The notes beneath the pieces were generated by a model. That model did not search any database. It had not been told where the DNA came from and was given only the letters and a program-made list of their open reading frames with translations. A DNA stretch of 64,000 bases from Okamejei kenojei (lineage: Eukaryota), in assembly GCA_035221665.1 (NCBI GenBank), contig CM069144.1, positions 39,680,001 through 39,744,000 on the forward strand. Direction: 5' to 3'. Made by a program: the position numbers and the translations under genes. Shown piece by piece: positions 49,601 through 60,867 of this stretch. Each line of letters begins with the position of its first letter. Position 1 is the first letter of the stretch.

Positions 49601-52600
49601 GGGCTGAAGTTGTAGGTGGCGAGGATGGGAGCCCCGTGGCTGGGGAGAGACGGGGAAAAAAAATGAAGGTCTCTACTCCTCCCATCGCGACCCCCGCGCC
49701 GAGGCACCAAACACCTCCTCTCCCCCCCACATCCTCTCCCACATCCCCCCCCCCCCCCCAAAGCTGCCTTCAGACTGCCTGCTCCCATTGTGCCTGCCAT
49801 TAGTTTTATGTTTAGTTTTTAAATCTCGCTAGTCGCCGATTTCCGTACTTTTTTAACAACCGGGGGCTGAGCTCCCATGTGTTGGCATGTGTTCCCCCCT
49901 GCTATGCTGCTCTGCTATGCCTGAAGGCTGACCCCCACCGCCCACGTCCCATCCCCGCGCTTGTGGGTAGGGGTGGTTGACGGTTATCCGCCTGGAACCT
50001 CAGGCTGATCACCGGGTGGACGGAGCCATCTCAGGGTCACCAACCCCCTCCCCCCCGTGTCGTCCGTCGTGGAACTGGAGCAGGATCCGTCTGTTGTCTG
50101 GGACTGGGCGGTGGGGGTGGGGGGGTGGGGGGGGGAGGTGGGGGGGTTGGAGTTCGCAACCCCGGGGATGCCTCATGTTGCAAATCCTCCTGCGCCAACG
50201 TGTTCAGCCTGTGGCTCTGAGCAAATTCGGTTTAAAAAGCAAAACGAGTAGAAATGATCCTAAACGAACGGCGCGGCTCCTTTTTTCAATTGACCTGTCG
50301 TGGGAAACGGAAGACTTCGAATGACGCTGATGCTCGGAAACTTGCAGATTGCTGCGTAAAATATTTCCGTTCCTCTTGGCGGGCGTTTGTAACGACCGAT
50401 AACGTAACAGTGAGAAAACGGGTGATTCCTCTGCTTGCCGGACTCCCAGGCCCGTTGTGCGTGTGCATGTCCGCGGCGCCTTCTTCGTTGTGTTTGTGCA
50501 GTTATGGGCCTGCTACTAGCTGCTCGTTCGGGATGGATACAAGGCAAGCCTCCCACCCCCCCCCCCCCGGTAATACTCCCTCCCTCCACCCCTTCGTCTT
50601 CCTCTTCCCACTCTTCCCTCCCTCCCTCCCTCCTCTCTCAACCGCCCTTTCTATCCCTCCCTCCCCCCTCCCTCTACCGCCCACTCCCTCCCTCCAAAAC
50701 ACCCTTCCTCTTGGTGCGTGAAACCCTCGGGTTTCGCCATTGCTCGCGTTGTTCAATGTTTGCCCCTCCGTGCTCCTCCCTCTTTTGTTTCCCCGCCTAC
50801 TTTTTGCTGTCTTTCCCGGGCTCTCTCCTCTCGATCTCCCCCACTCGTACCCCTCCCACCTCCGTCTCCGTATCTCCCTCCTTTGCCTGCCTCCCACTCC
50901 CTCTGTCGCTTGTTTTGTTGCAAAGTGCTCGCCATTGGCGATCGCGCGTTGACAAGATGATTAAAAAAAAAACAAGAGGTGCCCGATTTATAGTTGGGAC
51001 AGGCAGGTTTCAGAAAGCATGTGGCGATTGAGTGCTTACAAACTGCACGACCGCCCCTCCACTACAAACACCGAGTTGTGGTGTGGGGAAGGTTGACGTG
51101 GGCACTGGGGGGTATTTCCAGTGACTGGGGCGAATACGGAACATCCGATCGCTACGGCTACAGCAAATCATATGGAATGGTATGCGTTTTAAAGATGTTT
51201 CTGTTGGACATTTTAACGCATTGCGTTGGTTCTTGGGTTCAGCATTTTGTTGACTTTGTCCTTGTGCTCAAATCCCTCCGTGGCCCCACCTTATTTTGGT
51301 CACTCCACCCCGCCTTCTTCGCCAGTACAGATAATGTTGCAAAAACCCAAAGTGCCAGAGGAACTCGGTTGGGTCAAGCAGCATCTGTTGAGGGGATAGA
51401 CTGATGAAGTTTTGGGTCTGGATCTGGACCCTTCCTCAGATTGGTGGAGGTGTGGGGGGTGATGGGAGGGGGACTAAGCCTGGCAAATGAAAGGTGGAGA
51501 TAGGTGATTGAAGGGGATGGGGACTGATTGGCAGATGGATGAAGTAAGCGACGAAGGCTAGAGGTGAAACATGTCGCTGTATAACACTGGTGAGAACGGG
51601 TCTGTCTCTGTTTAACACTTGGGTATAGAACTGGTGTGGACGAGTCTGTCACTAGAACACGGGTACAGTAGCAGTGGGGACAGGTCTTGTCACTATATAA
51701 AACTGGGGTACAGTCTGGTGGGAACATGTCTTACTGTATGACGCTCTTAGACAGTGCTAATCGGGACGGGTCTGTAAACATTGGAGTACAGTACCGGTGG
51801 GGACAGGGCTGTCATTGTATAATAATGTGGCGAGAAGGTCAGACTTGGTTGTGGGGAAGTAAATGAGACGGTGGATTAACAGTGTTCCATTGCTGTGTCT
51901 GAGAACAGTGGAGTAAATTGCTGAATTGTGGCAAAGCAAGGCCACTCCAGGGCTTTGTAGATGATGGGCAGCCACTATACGTAACACAAATCTCCAGCTG
52001 TGGCATCATCCTGCTAAATCTCTTCCCTCCAGCACCTTTTCTGTAATGTGACCAGAACTGTTTGCTGTTATCTAGATGTGGCTCAGCTGGCTTCTGATCA
52101 ACCAAAGGGGTACATGGAGTTCATCTGCTTGAACCATCTCTGTCCTTGTCCTGCTGCCTTCAGGAATCTCCTGTTATATGTTCAAAGATTAAAAATACAG
52201 TGTGGAAACAGGCCTTTTGGCCCACCAAATCCACGCCGACAATCGATCACTGCGTATACTAGGTCTATGATACCCCACTTTCACATATTGCACTTTGGGG
52301 ACTATTTACAGATGCCAATTGACTTACAAAGTTACAAACTGTACGTCTTTGGAGTACGAGAGGAAACCAGAGCTCTCGGAGAAAACCCGTGCGATCGCAG
52401 AGAGAATGTTCCAACTCCGTACAGGCAGCACCCGTAGTTTGGATCAAACCCGGGTGTCAGGCTCTGTGAGGCAGCAACTCTACACTGTGCTGATCCTTGC
52501 CTGCCTACACATTTCCAGATATTGTGCGTCCCCTCTCGGTTGGTGATTGGACGCGGTCGTTTAAAGTAGTTTTAACATTGTAGAGTGTCGTGTGCGATAT

Positions 52601-55600
52601 CACAATCCCTCCTACCACCCTGGCCGTCTCTCGATGGTTTGTCTGCCCCCAGTCATTGTAATGCCACACTTAGAGTACTTGCCGTGATGTCTCTGATGGA
52701 CTTCGAGCACTCAACTAGCTACTACATGAGCCACATATTTCTGCTACTTAGGCGTCTGTCAGACCATTTCAATTTTATATCTAGTTCATCATCTTTAGGC
52801 TACTACTTTGCCTTTAGAACATCCAATAAATCAATTGTAGTTTGATGATCTGACTTTCTCGACGTTAGGTTTTAATGGTGTTTTGTATTTTTGATGCGTT
52901 AGCAAAACTTGTTCAGACACTTAGCATAGGCTTCAGGTTTATTTGCAGCCATTGAATAATTACTTCTCCATGCTTTCACTTTGTGCACATGGGGTCCGAG
53001 GACCTCTCCCTTCTCTGGGCCAATCTAACTAATCCTTTTGCCTGCATTGTGGTCTCCGTCCTCTAATCCCTTATACCTATTTCCGGTGAACTACTTCTGC
53101 ACCTGCCCCAAGCCTTCGCATCCTTCCCATAGTATGATGACCAGAAGTGCACAAAGTGCTATAAAATGTGGCCGATTGACGTTTTATACTGCTGCAGCAT
53201 GATCTCCCGATGTTTATACTCAATGCCCCGAATGATGGAGACAAACATGTTGTATGTGTTCTTAACCATCCTCTCCAGTTTTAGTGCACTACGGACTTGC
53301 ACCCCAATATCCTTCTGTATGTCAATGATTTTCTGTGTCTTCTTGCATTTGACTTTCCATAAGCAACTTGTCCTGACAAAACTGGGATATTATGGCCCCA
53401 ATATGCTGAGAGAAGGGCAGAACAGGCAGCTAAATGTTCCAGTGTACAGGTGCTGCAGGTGTGATAGAGGTACAAGTAAAAGAGGAGGGATGCTGTCTTT
53501 TTGATCAAGGAGGACATGAACACAGTGCTAGGAGAGGATATTCATGGGGAATAAATCAGTGAGCTCTATAGGTCGGCCATAAAGGAAGATCTCTGATGGA
53601 ACTATATTATAGGTCCCCAAAAAACAGCGGGAATTAGAAGAACAGATGTTTGGAGCTATTGCAGATAGCTATAAGAATAATCTCATAGTATTAGTGGGAG
53701 ATTTTAATTTCCTTAATATTGAGTAGTCACCCGTTGTGAGTTTTTTAACTTAAGGAGTGATGGGTGCGTAGAACACATGTCAGTGGTTGCTAGTGTAAGC
53801 AGACATAATAGCATTTGGTTAGACACATGAATATGCAGGAAAGGAGAGGTAGAGGAGACTAGTTTAACTTGGCACCATGTAAAGCATGGATATCGTGGGC
53901 TGAATGTGGTACTGTTATATGTTCTCTCTTATGCTGGCTTTAGATTCAGCGTATCAGTGAAACTATCCTCTATGCATTTACTTGTCAAGTGCCTCTCCAT
54001 GATCACTTTGTTTCTTCCATGGTAGAATAACACCGCAACCAAGGACACCCGTCCATCCCCATCAACAGGACTCGGGAGGTTTATTAAGGGGGGCAAAGGT
54101 GTGTGTGGAGGTAAAATGACGGAGCTGATGGATGGGGTGGAAATGTGGGCAGTGTCAAGGAATCTGATAGAATCATAACGGGTCATTTTAGTGGTCCAGG
54201 GATAGCGGACTCATCGATCTACCGGAGCAGTTGGGTCGGTTGTCTAAATGGATTTGTCAAGTCTTTGAAACATTATGTTGTTTTATTATGTTTTATTTTT
54301 AGCCACCGAAGAAGAGGCAAAGGACAGTGGAGGACTTCAACCAATTCTGTACCTTTGTGTTGGTGTTGATGCCTGGTATATTCCATATCCCAAAGAGGTA
54401 AGGCTACCCTGTCTGTTCTGCTTAGATCAGCAGTGTAATGTAAATCTAATGTAAATGACAGCACCCCTTGAGGCCAGGAGTACAAGCTGGCGAATTGACC
54501 AGTGCCTTGTGACTGAGTTCGTGTCCTTCTAGAGGTTTCTGTTAGTTGTTGGAAATAAGCTCTTCTTGCAAGATGTTGGATGTGTATTCATTGTTCTAGC
54601 CACAACAGGGTTATGCACAGACATTACAAACTGTAAGTTCTCCTGTTTTTTTCCAATTGGTTTCTCTTGGGTAGAGTGTTGGCTTAACCTCAATGAAAGT
54701 GCAAACAAGTCTAACTAAATAGAACATTCTAGACAAAGGAATGTCTTGACCTTAAACTCTTGATAAATCTGTCAGAGGAACTCTCCCTTATTAAACTTTT
54801 GTAGATCAGTGGTTTGACCTCAGTGGAAGGATTGTGTCCCATTCTTGGCTCCACACGTTAGGAAGGATAGTTAGGAAGTGTTGGAAAGAATGCAGATGAG
54901 ATTTAGCAGACTAGTCTGGTGAATGGAAGATTTCACCTGGTTCGGGTGACTGGAGGAGAAGGGCTGCTCTCTAGAGCAGAGGAGGTTGGTTCATAATCAT
55001 CAGTCAGTATTAAGTAGGAGTTGAGGAGTCATCTTGCAGTTATATAAGAAGTTAGTGTGGCCACATTTAAAGTAGTGTTCAGCTTTGGTCATGTCGGTCA
55101 GCAGGGTAAGTTGGGCTGAAAGGGTATGTTTCCATGCTGTATGAATCTGTGAGCGACTTCAGCAGATAAATCAAGAGAAAAACTTTCCAGTGGCAAGAGA
55201 TTTGTAGCTGGACAATAAGGATTGCTGGGAGCAGCAAAGGAGTGGCCAGGATAGTGAGAATCTTTTTTAAACAATAAATTGTTGTGACTTGAGACATGGT
55301 GACTGAAAAGGCGGTGAAAGTAGATTCAACAGGAACCAGATAAATGGAGCAGGTTCCTCTGTATGGAAATGGGACTGGTGGATGGACTCTTTCCAAGGGT
55401 TGACATAGACCAGATGGATTGCCATAGCCTCCTGCTTCAAAATTCTGTGATTGTTTTGTTTTAAATAAAAATGAGGAACATATGGTTTGGATTCTTGCCA
55501 AGGCAAATCACAGTTGGAACCATCTCAAGGGACTGGTTGTTTCCAAGAGTGGTCAATGGTTTATTTAGCTGATGTCTGAATGATGGTACAGGTTGGTCAG

Positions 55601-58600
55601 CGGGTTAAGTTGGGCCGAAGGTTCCAACCTGGTTTCCACGCTGTATGAATCTGTGAGAGGCTTCAGCGGATAAATCAAGAGAAAATGTTTCCAGTGGCAG
55701 AACAGGATGGTCACAGGTCTGTACTCCACTTTCACATGGTCCAGTATTTTGATAATATACAGGTACACCACCGATTTTCTAGCATCTGATGGTCCAGCCC
55801 CTCCTTTATTCCGGACAAAATTCCTAGAGCATTGTGTGTGGAGCACGCTCTTTTGGGACGTGTGCCTCTGTCCTAAAAGAGTTATTGGTTTACTTCTTTG
55901 TTAATTGCTAATTCTTTATTTAAGTTTCTGGCAGTCCATGGTGCTTTAGATATAATTAATGGGTCAGAGATGGATTGTTGAATTATTACGTGACCTCTGT
56001 TGGTCTGGCAAAATGGGTAATCCGACATGGTTCTGGAACCAAGGGTACAAGAACATCAATGCTGTACCTGTACTCTTATCACAGACTTCACCTGTTTGAT
56101 GTGGTTTTACGTCATTGCTCCTCGTAGATGGCTTAAAAATGCGTCTGGTGAAAATCATAAATTCCCTTTTACAATGCCTAACGTTCTTCCACCAACAGCT
56201 CTGCCTAAGATGTGCCAAAATTGGTCATATCTTTTGCTGCACACAAACCTGCTATGTATCTTTCTGATTAAGGGTCCTGACCTGATGTCACCCATCTTTA
56301 TTCACCAGAGATGCTGCCTGACCCGCTGCGTTACTTCAATGTGTTGTGTCTGTTTTTGTAAACCAGCATCTGCAGTTCCTTGTATCCACATATATCTTTG
56401 CATCTTGGTTTGTAGCAAGTATTTACATCAGCCTCCCCACTGGTATTCTCTTGTAGACATTGACCGCGGGCCGGTCTGTCTTTGGTCAAACACAACACCC
56501 ACCTTGCTGAAGGTAGGATGCCAGAATTGATTCTGAATCGAGCTTCTTTGTACATTCCAGCGTGGGAGAACAGTTACTCACCCAAATAATATGCAAAGTG
56601 CTGGAGTAACTTCATGGATCAACCAGTATCTCTGGAGAATATGGAAAGGTGACGTTTAGGATATTTTCAGACACGTGATTTCAGACCCTCTGCGATTCCA
56701 GTTACTCACCCAATACATGTATCTGAAAAGTAAGGGATGGGTTTAACATGTATTTACAGAGCAGCAAAAGAACATGGTCTACCAGTAGAAACACGAAACT
56801 GCAGATGCAGGTTTAAGAAGGGTCCCAACCTGAAACACCACATAACTATCCTTGTTCTCCAGGGATGCTGCGTGAACCGCTGTGTTACTCCAGCTCTATG
56901 GTCTATATGTTCTAGTCGATACTTTATGCGTTTCTCCACCCCTCCATCTCGTCCTAACAGCACATCTTTCTACTTCAGGCTGAAGATGGGTCTTGACCCG
57001 AAACGTCACCCATTGCTTCTCTCCAGAGATGCTGCCTGTCCCGCTGAGTTACTCTTGTGTCCACCATCTTTCTACTTCCTTCTCCCTCATGAATTTTTCT
57101 AACTTCCTCTTAAATGCATCAATACTATTCTAAGACAGCATGATGTGTTGTCATGTTTCTTTTTGCTATTCTTCACTGAATGTATTAGACTTACTGTATC
57201 ACTTTGTAAAATAGCATCTGCAGTTTGTTGTTTCTGCATTACTATGTACTCTGACCACACACTGGCAAATAGCTAGAAGTGCATTTAAATGAAAATCTTC
57301 CCGCTTTTCAGCAGTTTTCTCCCCGTCCAAATCTCATGTTTAACACCTATCATTTTCTCTCCCTCTCTTTCCTGTTTTCCCCCATAGAGCGCACACATTT
57401 CTCCCACCGTCCCCGTCCCCCCACCCCTTCAACCTATATCTCTCCCTCCAATTTTAGATTTCACTCCTCCTCTTCTCTCCGTATCTGCCCCCCTCGCCTA
57501 TATTCACCTATCACTTGCCAGGCTATCGCCCACCCCCACCTTTCCCCCCCCCCCCCCCAGTTTTGACTCGCCTACTCCCTCAGCCTGGACTAGAGGGTAT
57601 TAGCTTCAGGGAGAGGTTGGGTAGACCTGGATTGTTTTCTCTGGAATGTTGTAGATTGTGACGTCATCAACGAAAGACAGTCATTTTTATTTCAGTTTTG
57701 TCCAATTTTTGAACATTTTCAGTAATAACTCGAGAAATAAAGCATGAAATTTGTGAGGAGAAATTTTATTACATAGAAAGTTGTGGCATTTGGGGCACAA
57801 AGCCAGGTGTGGTAGTGGAGGCAGATACGATAATTTAAGAGGCTTTTAGGTAGGCGCAGGGAATAGAGGCAAATTGATCACATGCAGGCAGATGAGATCA
57901 GTTTAACTTGGCATCTTGTTTGGCACAAACACGTACCGTACTTAACTGTGTTTAACTGTTTACGTTGTCTGAGTTCCTCCAGCACTTTGTGTTTTAATTA
58001 ACGTTCTGTCCTTCTCTGTCCTCAGCATGACCCCTGGGCACACGCCAACCTGAGTCCTCGCAACAGCACGGGCAGCACTCTGGACAGTGACAGCTGGGAG
58101 TCCTCGCGCTCATCAGACTCCCATGTTCTGCACTGCGGCAGGAAGCTAAAGTGCGTGGGTGCCAAAGACGGGACGAAGCGGGGGAAGGTGGACGGAGTGT
58201 GGCTCGAACGGCCTGGGTTCTCCAGCTCGCTCTTCAACACCCCCGAGAAGTTGAAGTCCGAGAAGCCGAAGAAGAAGATCTCCTCGAAGAAAGCGAGTCT
58301 GGATGGTGCACGGAGGAGGAAGAGTCCTGAAGGTGGGAAGAGGATGGGCTTGGAAAGCATCAACAAGGTGCTGGAAGTGTCCCAACCTCCCGTCCAGCTT
58401 CCCAAAGCAGTGGGGACACGGCCAACTGTCGAGAAGATGCCGCAGAGCGACACGGAGTCCGACGAGGAAATGCTGAAGATCGACCTGCAGGCTGAAGAGA
58501 TCTGCAAGCCTGTCCCAGTGCTAGAGGGGGTTAAGGAGCAGGCAGTAGATCCTGGGACAACCCCAGTGAGTGAGCCAGAGAAAGAGGTGATGACAGACCA

Positions 58601-60660
58601 GGAGACGGTGAAGCAGCCTGATGGAAAGGAGCAGGTGGAAGATCGGCCGGTGGAAGATCGGCCGGTGGAAGATCGGCCGGTGGAAGATCGGCCGGTGGAA
58701 GATCAGCCAATGGAAGATCAACCAATAGAAGATCGGAAGAAGGAGGAGGAGGAGGAGGAGGAGGAGGACAGGAACGACCCAGAGTCTGTAGTGTTGGATG
58801 GGACCATGGCCAATTCAGGTAAGGACAGTGACATTGTAACGTAAGCATTTGCTGAATGCAAAGCATATGGCAGGCTACAGTGTACAATCATGGGATCACC
58901 AGAGTCACACAGCATAGAAACAGGCCCTTTGGTCCAAGTTGTCCGTGCCATACCCAGATGCTCCATCTAAATAGTTCCATTTGCCTCCATATGGCCCATA
59001 TGCCTCAAAGCTTTCCCATCCATGTACCTGTCCAAGTAACATTTAAATATTGTTATCGCACCTGCCTCGCCTCTCCTTTGGCAGCTCGTTCGATATACTC
59101 ATCACCCTCTGTGCGAAAATGACTTTCAGACTGGCAGTCTAAAGAAGGGTCTTAACCCGAAATCCAATATATGTGCCAAACATGATGCCAGCACCGTCTT
59201 ATCTGCCTGTACATGATCCATGTCCCTCCATTCCCCACCATCAACAGCAATGATCTGGTGTACTGCCCACTTGGACCTGGAGTGTTAACTCAGTGTAAAG
59301 ACTAACTGATTCAAATCCGAGACTATGTGAATACACATACACAAGACTGTCATTCTATGGGCCCAGATATATTAGACGAATGCATGAATAGACAGGAGGA
59401 TACAAGTAAGTTAATATCTTACATTTACAATACCCTTTTAATTGCACACATCCCATCTTCTGAAATGCTTAGGTGAGCATGGGAAGATGAATTGGGTTTA
59501 TTAATCTCAAAGGATAGCTGGGAGGAAAGGCTTCTATACACACATTACTGCTCTCTTAATGTTAGGCACTCCCGATACAATTTAAAATACTGCACAGACT
59601 GTACTATTAAAAGACCAAATTGGACAAGATCTTCCCAAACGTCTCTCCTATTTGTGATAAGTGTCTCCTCCAAGAAGCGAATATAACCCATTCTTTCAAT
59701 TCATGTATAAAGTTACAAAACCTCTGGAGGGGAATATTTGATATCTTCTCCAAAATACTTAAAATTGGAACCCGATATAAAACTGATCACATTAGGTATG
59801 TCAGAGGCCAGCTCTAAGCTAGCGATATTTCAAAGACGTTTCCTCAATTACGGCCTAATAACGGCGAAAACATTAATACTCAAATTTTGGAAACAGACAA
59901 CAGTTCCCACAGTGAAGATGTGGATTACGGATATGTCCAAGACATTACATTTGGAAAACATTAGGCTTGTCTTGGCAGAAAAACCAGATCAATTTCTTAA
60001 GACATAGTTACCTTTTACTGAATTTCTGCAACAAAAGAATGGTTAAACACAAATTTAAATTTAAATCCGATGCCAGGGATGGGTGGGGAGGGAGGTACAT
60101 CTCCTTCTTTTCTTTTCTTATTTATTTTCTTTTCTCCTGCACTTCTTTGGTAGCTTAGGGGTCTTTTTCCTGCTTTTTTGTATTTGACTTTTTTTCCTTC
60201 ATTCTTTTCTTTCTTCTTTCTTTGTTTTCCTTTTTCTTTTTTCTTTTTCTTTTGATTTAGGTTATAAGGTTAAAAATGAAGCTGTGCAATAATTGTATAA
60301 CTGTTATGTTGATTGTCTTATCCTTGTACAACAGCTTCTAATAAAATTAATTAAAAAATAAATAAATAAAAGACTAACAGATGGGTTTATGTTGGACGAG
60401 AGTGTTCAGGACTGCAGACCAGGCCAGGTTACGGTACAAGTCGACTATGATCCTGTTGAATGGGTACATGTACAAGAGGGCGAAGGCCCCTTCAGTTCAT
60501 GGATTGATTGTAATCATGTATAGTAGTTTCGCTGACTGGATAACACACAATAAAAAACAGTTTTTCACTGTTCCTCAGTGCACGTGACAATAAACTAAAC
60601 TAAGGTTTTACCCCACAGAATCTCCGGACCCAACACCGACAGAAAACCTCAAAATTGAAG
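40666..60660 (+). CDS. PHF13/PHF23-family PHD finger protein gene, 5' part (exons 40666-40699, 49173-49204, 54303-54397, 58026-58818, 60619-60660); continues beyond the window
   Basis: Spliced product [75 protein letters not shown]...ESPDPTPTENLKIE matches the recalled family motif [26 protein letters not shown] and the PHF13 segments SPANSTAGTIDSDGWD and SPDQVKEIKTEG. Splice sites are canonical. Exon 3 has an apparent +2 indel. Confidence 0.88.
40805..48830 (+). repeat. ~8 kb C-rich degenerate minisatellite, unit approx. CTCCCCGTCTCTCTGCCCCC(C)TCCC
   Basis: Hundreds of GTCTCTCTG cores separated by C runs; almost no A on the + strand. Confidence 0.95.
48880..51250. promoter_or_regulatory. 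Second CpG-rich region around PHF exon 2 / intron 2
   Basis: CpG-rich, transposon-free stretch with C/G tracts. Confidence 0.5.
49173..49204 (+). CDS. PHF13/23-like exon 2 ([11 protein letters not shown])
   Basis: ttgacag| acceptor, GAG|gtgagt donor, 32 nt, phase 1 to 0. Confidence 0.78.
51577..51900 (+). repeat. Degenerate ~42-bp tandem repeat (ctgtataacactggggtacagtactggtggggacgggtctgtca)
   Basis: About 6-7 diverged units. Confidence 0.7.
52190..52490 (-). mobile_element. HE1-like SINE
   Basis: Reverse complement of the SINE consensus. Confidence 0.75.
54303..54397 (+). CDS. PHF13/23-like exon 3, conserved N-terminal motif, with apparent frameshift
   Basis: tttttag|CCACCGAAGAAG...CCCAAAGAG|gtaagg; 95 nt where the 31-aa motif needs 93. 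Confidence 0.9.
55760..56070. mobile_element. Related MITE copy
   Basis: TA|CAGGTACACCAC...GCTGTACCTG|TA; shares the subterminal tctggaaccaag with 16615-16988. Confidence 0.68.
58026..58818 (+). CDS. PHF13/23-like exon 4 (basic patch, acidic low-complexity linker)
   Basis: ctcag| acceptor, open frame that includes ORF 58155-58844, CAG|gtaagg donor at 58819 (phase 1). Confidence 0.87.
58635..58739 (+). repeat. Coding 15-bp tandem repeat x7 (VEDRP), followed by (GAG)8
   Basis: gtggaagatcggccg x4 perfect plus 3 diverged copies. Confidence 0.95.
59307..60368 (+). mobile_element. 5'-truncated L1-clade LINE with poly(A) tail and TSD
   Basis: QFKILHRLY, CDKC...H...C zinc-knuckle-like C-terminus, T-rich 3'UTR, A-rich tail, TSD aaagactaac at 59297-59306 and 60369-60378. 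Confidence 0.88.
60619..60660 (+). CDS. PHF13/23-like exon 5 (ESPDPTPTENLKIE)
   Basis: ccacag| acceptor, AAG|gtaagt donor, 42 nt, phase 1-1. Confidence 0.75.
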
Positions 60661-60770
60661 GTAAGTCTGAAGGTGGTCCAACTTAGTGTGTGCACGTGAG
60701 ATGAAAATTGACTAGTTTAATCGGGGCAGGAAAAGAATAGCGGCAGAATTATTTTAGAAGACCACGTGGT

Positions 60771-60788
60771 GGGGGGGGGGGGGGGAGG

Positions 60789-60867
<79 letters not shown>

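Noticed and set aside
51577-51900. Regularly spaced repeats (also 58635-58739 and 62740-62940) as CRISPR-like arrays
   Set aside because: Eukaryotic tandem repeats with no unique spacers and no cas genes.
58819-58846. Alternative donor at 58841 (gtaagc) for PHF exon 4
   Set aside because: It gives phase 2, incompatible with the phase-1 exon at 60619; the donor at 58819 fits.
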